DNA from: Octopus sinensis
Taxonomy: Eukaryota
Direction: 5' to 3'
DNA: 64,000 nt
Assembly (NCBI RefSeq): GCF_006345805.1
Contig: NC_043010.1
Location: forward strand, 4,836,001 to 4,900,000
The first letter of the stretch is position 1. Every line of letters starts with the position of its first letter. Of the stretch, positions 11,900-24,667 are shown one piece after another. A model generated the notes under the pieces. That model was not told the origin of the DNA. It ran no database searches and worked only from the letters and a program-made list of their open reading frames with translations. The position numbers and the translations under genes were made by a program.

Positions 11900-12544
11900 G
11901 TAACTTATCTATAGAAATGTATATGCATACATGTATGTATGCATGTATGTATGTATGTATGCATGTATGTATGTATGTGTGCATGTATGTATGTATGAGT
12001 GTATGTATGTATGTATGTATGTATGTATGTGAGTATGTATGTGAGTATGTATGCATGTATGTATGTTATGTATGTGTGTATGTATGTGAGTATGTATATA
12101 TGTATGCATGTATGTATGTATGCATGTAAGTGTGTATGCTAGCATATCAGTATTTATCCAATTATATATACACACACGTTCACATATGTATCTACCTACA
12201 TACATACACATTCTAACACACACACACACACATGCACACACACACATATGCATAGACCATGCACACACAGAAGTACACAAAGATTGCATGTAGATATAAA
12301 TTGCTATATTGTAGGATAGGTATAATTATATGCGATGTAGATTATTTGGCACTTTCAATTCTTTCCTCTTCTTCTTCTTCATTCCTGTTTATATACATTC
12401 TTCCACATTTAATGCACATGCATGTGTGTGTATGTGTGTACTCGCATCATACATATAGACAAATATGTTTATTTCTATGCGTATATATGTATATGTGTGA
12501 ATCTCTGTCTGTCTCTCTCCCTCTCTCTTTCTCTTTCTCTATGT

Positions 12545-12596
<52 letters not shown>

Positions 12597-12819
12597 TTGT
12601 GTGTGTATATACATATACATAAATGTATACATATGTCTAAATACATATATGCATATATAAATATATTATATACCTATGTAGTATGTATGTATGCATGTAT
12701 ATATATTATATGTGCATATGTGTATGTATATTATATATGTATGCACACATATTACATATATATATACATATCTATGTATACATATATATTATATATACAA
12801 TATATATATATATATATCC

Positions 12820-12851
<32 letters not shown>

Positions 12852-12974
12852 TATATTATATATACATATATATACATATATATATATATATACATATATA
12901 CATATATATACATTATATACATACATATATATTCATACACACACACACACACACACACACATACACACACACAC

Positions 12975-13015
<41 letters not shown>

Positions 13016-13040
13016 TATATTTACATACATACATACAACA
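11900..13040. repeat. Compound (TATG)/(CA)/(TA) microsatellite field
   Basis: Directly visible. Confidence 0.9.
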
Positions 13041-13486
13041 CACAATTATTTACTTATTTACATTCACATGTCCACATTTTTCAACACGGTTCAGACCCAT
13101 ACAAGAATATAGCCAGAGCAGAGTATAAGAGGATTGGTGCCAATTCAACTGATGGAAATCAATCTACGTTTGTTGCTTAATTATTTTATATAAACTGACA
13201 TGCATCTCTGTTGAGTTGATCCGACACTGATTAACGTCTCACATCTTATTCAATATAGTGAAAATAGTTTTATTTCTCTTAGCAATAAGCAGATTATCTC
13301 CCTTTCGGCTGGTTAGTGGTGCTACACTTCAAAAAATCAAACACATCAATCGCTCAGTCATTTTAACGCGGCAGAGCAGTGTATCACACTCTAAATTCCT
13401 CTTGAAAACTGGACACTGTAGATCTCTCTCTCCCTTTCTTTCCCTTCTCACACTGTCTGCCTCCGTGTATGTGTGTGTGTGTGTGT

Positions 13487-13893
13487 AGCTGGCAGAAACG
13501 TTAGCACATCGGGCGAAATGCTTAGCGGTATTTCGTCTATCGTTACGTTCTGAGTTCAAATTCCGCCGAGGTCGACTTTGCCTTTCATCCTTTCGGGGTC
13601 GATTAAATAAGTACCAGTTACGCACTGGGGTCGATATAATCGACTTAATCCGTTTGTCTGTCCTTGTTTGTCCCCTCTGTGTTTAGCCCCTTGTGAGTAG
13701 TAAAGAAATAGGTATTTCGTCTGTCTTTACATTCTGAGTTCAAATTCCGCCGAGGTCGACTTTACCTTTCATCCTTTCGGGGTCGATAAATAAAGTACCA
13801 GTTTCGCACTGGGGTCGATGTAATCGACTTACTCCCTTTGTCTGTCCTTGTTTGTCCCCTCTATGTTTAGCCCCTTGCTGGCAGTAAAGAAAT
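13487..13893 (+). mobile_element. SINE family B dimer
   Basis: First monomer ends AAAGAAATA (13710); second begins GGTATTTCGTCTG (13711). Confidence 0.9.
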
Positions 13894-13931
13894 GTATATG
13901 TGTATATATATATGTGTGTGTGTGTGTGTGT

Positions 13932-14180
13932 GGAGGCGCATCGCTTAGCTGTTAGCGGGTATCAGCATCATGATCGTAAGATTGTGGTTTCGATTCCTGG
14001 CCCAGGCGACGCGTTGTGTTCTTGAGCAAAACACTTCATTTCACATTGCTCCAGTCCACTCAGCTGGCAAAATTGAGTAACGCTGTGATGGACTGGCGTC
14101 CCATCCAGCTGGGGAACACATACATCATTGAAACCAGGAAACCGGGCTCATGAGCCTGGCTAGGGCTTTAAATGGACGCA
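13932..14180 (+). mobile_element. SINE family D (tRNA head, CORE-like block, V-domain-like block)
   Basis: GGAGGCGCATCGCTTAG A box, GGTTTCGATTCC B box, TCTTGAGCAAAACACTT, GTGATGGACTGGCGTCCCATCCAG. Confidence 0.7.
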
Positions 14181-14457
14181 TCTATTTTATATATATATAT
14201 CTAAATTTAAATAATAAGTGTGAAAAATTGAATATTAATTTGATTAATATCATTTTAAAACCAGTAGCCTAGCATATTGAAAAATCTGAAGATTCAGAAA
14301 AATTATATTACATACATATATTTTGTATCTTTACATTTGTCTTGCTTGCTTACATTCTGGCATTTGCTGAATTTTCTTGAGAACAATCTTTTCTTAGTGG
14401 AAATACCATAGGGGGTCTACTTCTAGCATAATGGATGATCACTTAGTGGTCATCCAT

Positions 14458-14500
<43 letters not shown>

Positions 14501-15088
14501 CACACACGACAAGAACGCAAAACATCCGGACAGTTAGGTGATACAAAAATGGGACAACAAAACATCCAGATAGACGATACAAAGAAAACAAGGATGGGTC
14601 ATTCGAAGTTTTCTATATATATATATATATGTGACGATTAGTTGGTTGTCACATATATTTATAGATAAATTCCTCTATTTTACATTATATCGAGGTCTAA
14701 TTCATTCTTTTGTTGTCATATTATCATTATTAATACACACACACACACACACAAACACACACACTCATACACACATATATATGCGAAACCAAGTACAGTC
14801 CACTCTGCTGAGTGCTTGGTGTTAGAAAGGGCATCCAAAACAGCCACAGAATTCTGGTGTAGGCTTCTGCCTGGCCGGCTCTTTTGAAACCATCCTACCC
14901 ACGCTAGCATGGAAGGCAGATTTTAAGCAATGAAGATGATGATGATGATGATGATAACTTAACACCCATAGGGTTTAAATTCAAGCTACTATTAGTTTCA
15001 TGACCCTGAAAATTAGGATGGTTGTAAAAGCATGTACAGCATACCACAAACCCTCATTCAGACTATATAGTGGGTTGATATATAATTT

Positions 15089-15316
15089 GGCAAGCTGGCA
15101 GAAGCGTTAGCATGCCGGGCGAAATGCTTAGCGGTATTTCATCTGCCGTTATGTTGTGAGTTCAAATTCCGCCGAGGTCGACTTTACCTTTCATCCTTTC
15201 GGGGTCGATAAATTAAGTACTAGTTACGTACTGGGGCCGATGTAATCGACTTAATACCCAAGTCTGTCCTTGTTTGTCCCCTCTATGTTTAGCCCCTTGT
15301 GGGTAATAAAGAAATA
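15089..15316 (+). mobile_element. SINE family B with 12-bp TSD
   Basis: GATATATAATTT at 15077-15088 and 15317-15328. Confidence 0.9.
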
Positions 15317-15449
15317 GATATATAATTTGTTTGACCATATTTTCAGAGGCAAGAATCTAAGAGCAGCTTGAATTTAAAGTCTGTATGTATTAAATGATAT
15401 TAATCTCTCACTGGATGAAGTGCGTTTCATGTCGGTCCCACCAATTGCT

Positions 15450-15790
15450 GAGACCCCCTTCGGTCTTGGCTGACCATGGGATTGCACCTAGAAAGTTACC
15501 CTCCCAGGCATAAATCTGGCCAAGGTTGTTTATGGAAGACCAGCAGTTGCCGATGCATACCAGCCTCCCTTCTCCACACTACTGATGTTATACAAGGGAA
15601 AGGTAAGGGCCAATCAATACAGTTTGGCACCTGTGATGTCGCAACTCGTTACTACAGCTGAGTGAACTGGAGCAATGTGAAATAAAGTGTCTTGCTCAAG
15701 AACACAACATGCAACCCAGTCTGGGTTTCAAACTCACAACCTCACAATCGTAAGTTCAACGCTCTAACCACTGAGCCATGCACCTTCACA
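15450..15790 (-). mobile_element. SINE family D, variant with a different 3' half
   Basis: Reverse-complement head GTGAAGGTGCATGGCTCAGTGGTTAGAGCG...TGTTCTTGAGCAAGACACTTTATTTCACATTGCTCCAG shared with 13932; the tail differs. Confidence 0.7.
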
Positions 15791-15894
15791 TGCCCACCAA
15801 TTACAGAACAGTATATTATGTGAGTGTATCAGTGTCTTTATAGTGTTTTATTCTAATTTGTTGTAGGCTTTATTTTTCTTTATTCTTTATATTG

Positions 15895-16203
15895 TATGTT
15901 GTTTGTTCCTTCTCGAGCCATGCCTGGCTCATAAGGGCCAGTTTCCCAGTTTCAATGGTGTATAGGTTCCCCACTTTGATGGGACACCAGTCCATCACAA
16001 GTGAGCTGCAAGATGCAGGAGGAAAGAATGAGAGAAATTTGTGGTGAAAGAGTCAGCAGAAGTTTGCCATTGCCTTCTGCTGGAGCCATATGGAGCTTAG
16101 GTGCTTTGCTCATAAACACACACATTGCCCGGTCTGAGATTTGAGCCCACAATCCCTTGACTGTGAGTCTGCTGCTCTAATCACTAAGCCATGTGCCTCC
16201 ACT
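15895..16203 (-). mobile_element. SINE family D variant with AGAAGGCAATGGCAAAC (RTE 5'UTR-like) and V-like block
   Basis: Reverse complement GTGGAGGCACATGGCTTAGTG...AGAAGGCAATGGCAAAC...GTGATGGACTGGTGTCCCATC...GAAACTGGGAAACTGGCCCTTATGAGCC; the 3' part matches 14085-14160. Confidence 0.65.
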
Positions 16204-16356
16204 TCTCTCAATTACTTCCTGTTTATATCCACAACTCAGCAACTTAATCTATTCTCTGCCATTCCTTCTCAATGTAATTTAGATACAACTACTGTCAACA
16301 TGCTCTAGTTAAGATTAAGAGCGAAACATTACTTATGTAGTGAGAAACTGTGTTGC

Positions 16357-16407
16357 ATCACCTGATGAAGAGAGCAAGGCAAAATGTGTCGAAACAATTG
16401 TTGTGAT
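16357..16407 (+). ncRNA. Minimal hammerhead motif with eroded stem II
   Basis: ATCAC CTGATGA ag...tc GAAA C AATT G T T GTGAT: 5-bp stem I, palindromic CAATTG helix III, GUU triplet. Stem II does not pair well. Confidence 0.5.
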
Positions 16408-18654
16408 AAAATTTCCAGTTTACTTCATTTTCTGTACCCATCGTATCTACTATATATGTGTGTGTGTGTGTGTATGTGTGTGTGTATAAATATGCATACA
16501 TATGATGGGATTCTTTCAGTTTCTAACTACCAAATTGACTCAAAAGGTTTTGTTCGGCCCAGGGTTTGTATAGCAGAAGACACATGTCGAAGGTTCTACG
16601 TACTGAAATTGAACTCAAAACCATGTAGCTGGGAAGCAAACTTCTTACCACACAGCTATGCCTGCATTTCAAGCATTTACATACACATAACTATACACAA
16701 ACATATCTCAAAACTAATGTTTCTCTTTTAAAATTCACCAAGTAGATTAATAAATCATCTCTTTCTCCGTCCGTCTGTCTGTGTATTTATGTGTGTGATT
16801 TTCTGTATCTCTGTATTATAAGAGAGAGACAGATATAGTGAGGGAGAGAGAAAGAGAGAGGGAAATGGTAAGAGAAAAAGGCTGAGAGAGAGTGGGAAAG
16901 GAAAGAAAGAGAGAGAGAGAGAGAAATTGTGTCTCTGTTTGTGCGTGAGTGTGTGTGTACCCAATTTAATTAACTTGTTTTCCTAAATGATAACGAAAAA
17001 AAAATTGTAGTGTTTTGAATTTAGTGCACTTTAAATGTAATAACGCCGCAGACAAAGTATATAAGAACCATTATAATTCTTGATTTATTTCAGGTCAATG
17101 AAATCAATACAATTTATAGGTTGACCTTTCTTAAATGGAAGTATCCATTAATGCATAATTATCTCTGGACATTTGAGAAATAATGATTTCAAATTTTGGC
17201 ACAAGGCCAGCAATTTCGAGAGAAGGGGGGGGGATAAGTTGATTACATCTATCCCAGGGTTCCACTGGTATTTATTTTATCAACCCCAAAAGAACAACAG
17301 GCAAAGTTGACCCCAGCATCATTTGAACCCACAACATGAAGACAGGCTAAGTATTTTGCCTGATGTGCTAATGGCCTGCTTGCTCTCTGCCCTTTATTTG
17401 GGAGATAATGACAGTGTATTGAAGTTGTGATGATCATGCCTCTTTCAATGTCTTATTAGCATGGTAAGGGATGGTAAATTGGGCGAACCATCAAAACATT
17501 GGGAAAAATGCCTTAAGATATTTATATTGGCTATTCACATTCCAAGTTCAAATCCTGCACAGGTCAGTTTTCCTATTCATTCTGCTGGGTTAAATGAAAT
17601 AAAATACCAGCCACCTACTTGGGTGGATATGGTTGACTTGTTTTTTTATCGTTTATTTCTTTCAGTCATTAGAGAGTGGCCATGCTGGAGTAGCACCTTC
17701 GAGAATTTTTGGTCGAATGAATTGATTCCTGTGCTTATTTTTTGTTAAGCCTGATCCTTATTCTATCAGTCTCCTATTGCCGAACCATTAAGTTATGGGA
17801 ACATAAACACATCAACACCAGTTGTCAAGAAGTGGTAAGGGACAAACACAAATTTAGGAGAAGAGGATGAAGCATGTGCAGGAAGAAGCTTGCTTACCAA
17901 CCACATGGTTCCCACTGCATGGGACCTTGGGCAAGTGTCTTCTACCATCACCTCAGGCCAACCAAAGCCTTGTGAGTGCATTTGCTAGACAGAAACTGAA
18001 GCTTTGGTTTTGTGTGTGTGTGAGGTCTGTGGCTTAGTGGTTAGGGCAATTGGCTCCCATGAGTTCGATTCCCTATGACAAGTTGTATCCTTAATTTTTG
18101 TTAAACCTGATGCTTATTCTATCAGTCTCTTATTGCCAAACCATTAAGTTATGGGGACATAAACACATCAACACCAGTTGTCAAGCAGTGAAAGGGGACA
18201 AACACAAACACAAAGGCACACATACATTGGCACTTGATTGGTTATGATGACGAGGGTTCCAGTTCACCTGATCAGCAAAACAGCCTGCTCTCATGAAATT
18301 AAGGTGCAAGGGGCTGAGCACTTCATGAGCATGTTTACCCTTAACACAGTTCTCAGAGAGATTCACGTATGACAGGGAATGTGACAAAGCCAGCCCTTTG
18401 GAATTACAGGTACAACCCACTTTTGCCGGCTGAGTGGACTGGGGCAACAAGAAAAAATAAATTGTCTTGCTTAAGGATACAACTTGCCACTGGGAATCGA
18501 ACTCATGTGAGCCAATTGCCCTAACCACTAAGCCAAACACCTTCACACACACACGCACACACACGCATGCACACACACCCACACACACACACACAGACAC
18601 ACACATACACACACACACATACACACACACACGCTGGGCTTCCATACAGTTTCT

Positions 18655-18885
18655 TATTTCTTTACTGCTAACAAGGGGCTACACACAGAGGGGACAAACA
18701 AGGACAGACAAACGGATTAAGTCAATTATATCAACCCCAGTGTATAACTGGTACTTATTTAATTGACCCCGAAAGGATGAAAGGCAAAGTTGACCTTGGT
18801 GGAATTTGAACTCAGAACGTAGCGGTAGACAAAATACCGCTATGCATTTCGCCCGGCGTGCTAACGTTTCTGCCAGCTCAACACT
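18655..18885 (-). mobile_element. SINE family B with TSD
   Basis: TTCCATACAGTTTCT at 18640-18654 and 18886-18900. Confidence 0.9.
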
Positions 18886-18979
18886 TTCCATACAGTTTCT
18901 GCCAACCAAATTCACCCACAAGACATTGGTTAGCTAGGAGCTATAGCAGGAGATACATGCGTAAGGTGCGATGCAATGA

Positions 18980-19452
18980 GACTGAATAGAAAAAAAAGCC
19001 CCACCAAATTAGCCCAAGATGGTGTACCCAAGATGCTGTACTATGTGATTGGATACAAAACCACATTGCTGCTAAGGCTGAAGACGCTTGACCTTTATTC
19101 TCTAGAAAAACGACGACGCCGTGGAGATCTCATTCTCGCTCACAACATCATAAGCAGAAAGTGTAACCTCTCGAAAGAGCTGTTCTTCACTCCTGCTCCA
19201 GAGCGTCGGCAGCAGGGTCATTCCGAAAGAAGCTCTATCTGTGACGATTTCATCTCAATCGAAGGAGAGGGGCTTTCTCCGTCCGGGTTGCGATCCGTGT
19301 ATAAGCTGCCAGAGAGATAGAGAAGATGCCGACGACCGCTCGGTTCAAAAGTCTCCCTTGACCTCAAGTGGCCTGACTCTTTACAGAACACCACCCTGCT
19401 GTACATAACTCCATGTCCCCCTACATGGCCTTGCTTTTTGCTTTTTGAGCCA
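18980..19452 (+). mobile_element. CR1-clade LINE 3' end (second family)
   Basis: RLKTLDLYSLEKRRRRGDLILAHNII...RRQQGHS, frameshifted continuation to R.AFSVRVA..W..LP, and a (AACT)n tail. Confidence 0.85.
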
Positions 19453-19489
19453 AAAAATTAACTAACTAACTAAGGAAAACAACAACATC

Positions 19490-19870
19490 CATCTTCTTCA
19501 TTCAGTATTCCTGAGTGGGTCACGGGAGTAGGGTGCTAACAGAAGCAACTGTCTTTACACTTTCTGGCTGAATTCCAAGCGTGACTAACACTGCAGATCT
19601 CATCCAACCATCTCATCCTTGGTCTATCCCCAGGTCTCCTGTCCAATGGCTTGGCTTGAAAAATCTACCTTGTCAATCTTTCCTTTAACATTCTAATCAC
19701 ATGTCCATTGTAATAAGTTGTGATTGATTTACAGTTTCTTTAAAGTAATCTTAGATGCAAATGGAATTATAGGGGAGTTAATAAATTTAAGCTTCAGTCA
19801 AGAACTGGGCTTGGTTTAAAATACTCATAAAGCATCTTAGATTTGAAGAGAATTACAATATAGGACTCAT
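19490..19870 (-). mobile_element. RTE-clade LINE 3' relic
   Basis: Reverse complement GHVIRMLKE...IFQAKPLDRRPGDRPRMRWLDEI...LGIQPE, the RTE C-terminal GHV.RM...R..GRP..RW.D pattern. Confidence 0.65.
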
Positions 19871-21317
19871 AAAATAAAGTACTCACTAATTAGTTAATTA
19901 CTGAGGTTGATTTAATCAGCATTCATTCATTATTTTCTAAAATAAGGTTTCCTTGAGCCTATGATAAAAATTCTCAAAGTATAGGATTGTGCATGTGTGT
20001 GTGAGTGGTGTGGGGGTACTGTGTGGTGTGTGGTGTGAAAGAGGATATGGTATGCATAGTTCTTTGGTTCTTTTGTCTATCTTATCCATCATGGTGAAGG
20101 TGGAGCACGTCTCTTCATGTATATTTTTTAATGCCAAAGTCAAAACAGAATGGGGCAAACCCTATGACCTTCTTGTCAACTCTCTGAGACTGGCTGGCAG
20201 AAAGGAAGGATCACATCAATTACTGTCTAATAAGGATCTTCACTTAACAGATTCTAGATGAAGGGTCGTTCTTTATTTTTCTTGTTTTTCATTTGTTTCT
20301 CTCATTGTTCGCATACCAAAGTTTGCCTTCGTATTTCATGTTGTTTTCATATTTCATGTTGTTTACATTTTGCGATGTCCTGTACCTATATATGCATACA
20401 TATATATGTATGTACATATATGTATGTATATATGCATATGTGTATATATATTTTATTTATATTGCTATATGATTGAACACCACACATCCATTTCCAAGTA
20501 AGTTTATCTATCTATCTATCTATCCAAAATGTCAGGTAGTGGAGTGATGTTTATGGGAGTGGAACTCTTAGGTCTGTTGTATAAATTCGTTTAGGGGCCA
20601 CGAAAAAGGGCAGGGGCAGGCAAACTCAAGAGCTACTTTAGGTAGCACACACTTCAGTTACATCAATGGTTGAGTCCCAGGTCAGCTCTGACCAGTGACT
20701 GGCCTGTGATGATCAGAGGCATTGCAGCAATGACTGTCTAATGTGTCCTTTCCTTTCTCAAAATTATCAAGTAGGACTTCTGAAACTATGGTAAATTTAC
20801 CTTCAGCTAAATTTCCAGGGATGTAAACAAACCTACACACAGTTTCCATCTACCAAATTCATCCACAAGGCACTGGTTGGCCTAGGGCTGTGCAGTGGGA
20901 CTGAACCTGAAACCACATGGTTGCAAAGTGAGCTTCTTAACCTCAGGAAGAATAATACATAATTTGAAAAGTAGTAGTTCTATGTTGCTGGTACATAAAA
21001 GGCATCCAGTACACTCTGTAAAGTGGTTGGCGTTAGGAAGGACATCCAGCCATAGAAACCATGCCACAACAGACAATTGGAGTCTGGACGGTTCCCCCCA
21101 GTTGACCGACTCCTGTCAAGCTGTCCGACCCATACCAATGAACGTTAACTGATGATGATGATGATGGTAGGAGAAATCTATGGAACAGTCGCTGTTGTTT
21201 TGCTCCAGTCAACCTTGGTCAAGTAAATCAAGGATAAAAGAAAATCCAGTCATGATAAAGGTATTTAGTGCTACAATCTATTATGTCCTTAACGTTTTTG
21301 AGGATGGTAACTCTCTC

Positions 21318-21665
21318 TCTTTACTCTTTTCTTGTGTTCAGTCATTTGACTGCGGCATGCTGGAGCACCACCTTAAGTCGAACAAATCGACCCAGGGACT
21401 TATCTTTGTAAACCCAGTACTTATTCTATCGTCTCATTGCCAAACTGCTAAGTGACAGGGACCGTACACACACATCAGGGTTGTCAAGCATGCTAGGGGA
21501 CAAACACACACATACAGAACACACACACTACACCACATATATATATATATACATATATACGACATCTTCTTTACTTTCCGTCTACCAAATCCACTCTCAA
21601 GGCATTGGTCTGCCCGGGGCTATAGCAGAGACACTTGCCCAAGATACCACGCAGGGGGACTGAAC
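21318..21665 (-). mobile_element. SINE family A, 5'-truncated
   Basis: Tail TTTACTCTTTTC through GGGGGACTGAACC. Confidence 0.8.
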
Positions 21666-21885
21666 CTGGTAAGGAGTGATTTGTTGTAGATTTGGCTGTT
21701 ATTTCTAGTATGTCAAGCGACCACATATACGCTCGCTCTTGTTTGAGGAAATATAAAAGACGAGTGAGACATTTCGTTGGGTAAAATGGTAAATATACAA
21801 ATTGAACCGTCACTCCAAGCATGAACCACATACAACACTAGAATGCCTACAATTACTAAGTTTGACCATCATTAACGATATGCCT

Positions 21886-22260
21886 ATTTCTTTACTACCC
21901 ACTAGGGGCTAAACACAGAGGGACAAACAAGGACAGACAAACGGATTAAGTCGATTACATTGACCCTCAGTGCAAACTGGTACTTATTTATCGACCATCG
22001 AGAGGATGAAAGGCAAGTCCGACCTTACGGATTTGAACTCAGAACGGTAACGGCAGACGAAATACGGCTACGCATTTCGCCGGCGTGCTAACGTTCTGCC
22101 AGCTCGAATGATATTCATATTTCTTTTATTACCCACAAGGGGCTAAACATAGAGGGGACAAACAAGGACAGAAAATAGGTATTAAGTCGATTACATCGAC
22201 CCCCCCCAGTGCGTAACTGGTACTTAATTTATCGACCCCGAAAGGATGAAAGGCAAAGTC
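21886..22260 (-). mobile_element. Two adjacent SINE family B copies (21886-22105 full, 22117-22260 partial)
   Basis: Diagnostic CGACCCCGAAAGGATGAAAGGCAAAG and TTCTGCCAGCTCG. Confidence 0.85.
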
Positions 22261-22729
22261 AGTAATCCAACATCCTTAGCATAGCAAAGTTGCTTCGCTT
22301 TCATTTTCTGAGACTAGAATGTAAGGAAGCAATGAGTTGTGTCCCTTTAATATAAAAGTAACTTAGCGGTTTGATTATCTCAATCGATGGAATGAATACA
22401 AGATTCAAGTAAGTGCTGAAGTCAGTATCATTTCCTAAAACCATTGGGGGTCAGAGCCCCGATCTAATCACTGAAACCAGCAATAGAATAGAATAGAATA
22501 GATACGTGCGTGCGTGCGTGTATTTGTGTATGTGTGTGTATGAGATAGAGAGTGTGTGTGCGCGTATACATATATGTACACATGTATATCACCCACACGC
22601 ATACACATATAGATATATACATACGCTATAAAAATGCGTGTGTATGTATATATACTTGCATAGTAGCATTCATGTAAAAAGACATACTCATATACTTAAA
22701 ATGCATGCATGCGTGTGTGTATGTGTGTG

Positions 22730-22940
22730 TGTGCGCGCGCTTGAATAATCTTCCCTGCATCGTTCCAGTTTTAGTATAAGTATTGCCGAAGCTTGAATAA
22801 TCGTGGCTTGCCATCACACCGTATCACAATCAATACCAACACACGCACACAGAGCATTCGCTCAGAAAGTCCAATAGCTTTGACATCACGTTATCGCGTC
22901 GTGTCCGTTTTACTTTTTCAATCATGGTGCAAGGTACATA
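22730..22940 (+). promoter_or_regulatory. CpG-rich promoter-like patch with a possible micro first exon ATG GTG CAA G|gtacat (22924-22933)
   Basis: Roughly 15 CpG in 200 bp against a CpG-poor background, not matching any repeat seen here. Contains CCAAT (about 22871), TGACATCACGT, a duplicated GCTTGAATAATC and a Kozak-like atcATGG. No downstream exon could be linked. Confidence 0.35.
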
Positions 22941-23364
22941 ACTCTTGTCATCTTGGTTAACATAAATATTTGAATCAGTTGAACACATTTCAAGTAGATT
23001 TTACTCGAATTAAACTGGGTTGAACGTTGGTATAGTTTTCTCTTATTTGTGGGATAACATAAATAAATATTGACATATACGATTACATGCCCTTGCACAC
23101 GTAGTTTCCTTCCAAAGCGCCCAGTTTCGGGTTCAGTTCCTCTGCATGACACCATGGCCTAGCGTCTTCTACTACAGGCTCCGGCTGATCAAAGCCTTGT
23201 GAGTGAACTTGGTTGACAGAAATCGAAAGAAGCCCTTCGTATATATGTATATTAATGAGTTTTTTTTTTTCAAGATTTCCTGTCAATAGAGAAAACGCCA
23301 GGGATCCTACCAGTATTTGAAGTTTCAATCTGTTTAGTTAAAAAAAAAATTAATTTAAAAATCT

Positions 23365-23672
23365 AGGAGTGGCTGTGTGGTAAGTAGCTTGCTTACCAGC
23401 CACATGGTTCCGGGTTCAGTCCCACTGCATAGCACCTTGGGCAAGTGTCTTCTACTATAGCCTCGGGCTGACCAAAGCCTTGTGAGTGGATTTGGTAGAC
23501 AAAAACTGAAAGAAGCCTGTCGTATATATCTATCTATATATGTATATGTGTGTGTTTGTGTGTCTGTGTTTGTCCGCCCCAACATCGCTTGACAACCGAT
23601 GCTGGTGTGTTTACATCCCCATCACTTAGCAGTTCAGCAAGAGAGGCCGATAGAATAAGAACTAGGCTTACA
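23365..23672 (+). mobile_element. SINE family A, 3'-truncated
   Basis: AGGAGTGGCTGTGTGGTAAGTAGCTTGC...ACTAGGCTTACAAA. Confidence 0.85.
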
Positions 23673-23970
23673 AAAAAGATTCATCCTATATTAGTAGTAT
23701 ATATATATATATGTGTGCACACACACACACATGTATACATATACATACATAAAAATATATCATCATCATCATTATCATCATTTAACATTTGTCATCCATG
23801 CATGCAGGCAAAGTATAGTTGACAGGATCCGCCAAAGTACAAGACTACTCCAGGCTATTGTGCCTGTTTTGGCAAGGTTTTTGACAGTTGGATGCCCTTA
23901 CTAACACCAACCATTATGGGCTTCTTTCTGTTTCCATCTACCAAATTCACTCACAAGGATTTGGTTGGCC

Positions 23971-24262
23971 TATTTGCCAGATTTACCATCCATGGACTTC
24001 CACCTCTTCCCCACGATGAAAATACAGCTCAAAGGTTGTCGTTTTAGCACTATTGTCAAGGATCAGAGCGAATTGCAGAAAGTCCTTGATTTGCTTACGG
24101 AAAATGACTACCAGGCCAGATTCCAAACGTGTCAGGAATGCTAGGACTGGTATATTGCTGTGCAGGGTGACTATTTCAAAGGAGACAATGATAAAACATA
24201 AGTAAATAAATTAAGTTCTATTGAATATAACTAGTCCAGTAACCTTTTGATACCACCTCATA
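23971..24262 (+). mobile_element. mariner transposase 3' fragment with right TIR
   Basis: YLPDLPSMDFHLFPTMKIQLKGCRF (YSPDLAP.D motif)...QGDYFKGD; ends CCTTTTGATACCACCTCATA, a mariner-like TIR plus TA. Confidence 0.75.
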
Positions 24263-24270
24263 TATCTACA

Positions 24271-24667
24271 CTAGCAGTATCACCCGGCGTTGCTCGGGTT
24301 TGTAAGGGAAATAACTATATAAGCATTTTTAGAGATGTAAAGTATAATAGCCATCTCAATATGGCTAACCACAAAGGGGGGGTGTTACTGTAGCTTTTTA
24401 CGTTCTGAGATTTAATAATAAATTTTTAGAGAGTTACTTCCCTTATATATGCTAAAAATGCATTAAAAATGGGAAAAAAATTATGGTAAATTTTTTTTTA
24501 AATCGTAGATTCATCGTAGACGCACGCTAATACTCAGAAGGGCTCGATATGAATCACGACTATAAGATACCCGGTTTTGGTTACACTGCACCGCAAAATG
24601 TGGGAGTAGTTAGGAATCTAAATCGTAGGAGACAGACACCACACAACTTCACTTTTATATATATAGA
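24271..24667 (-). mobile_element. Non-autonomous Helitron, complete
   Basis: On the minus strand: 5' A|TC..., 3' hairpin CCCGAGCAACGCCGGG (24283-24298), then CTAG|T. No TSD; inserted at an AT site. Confidence 0.8.
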
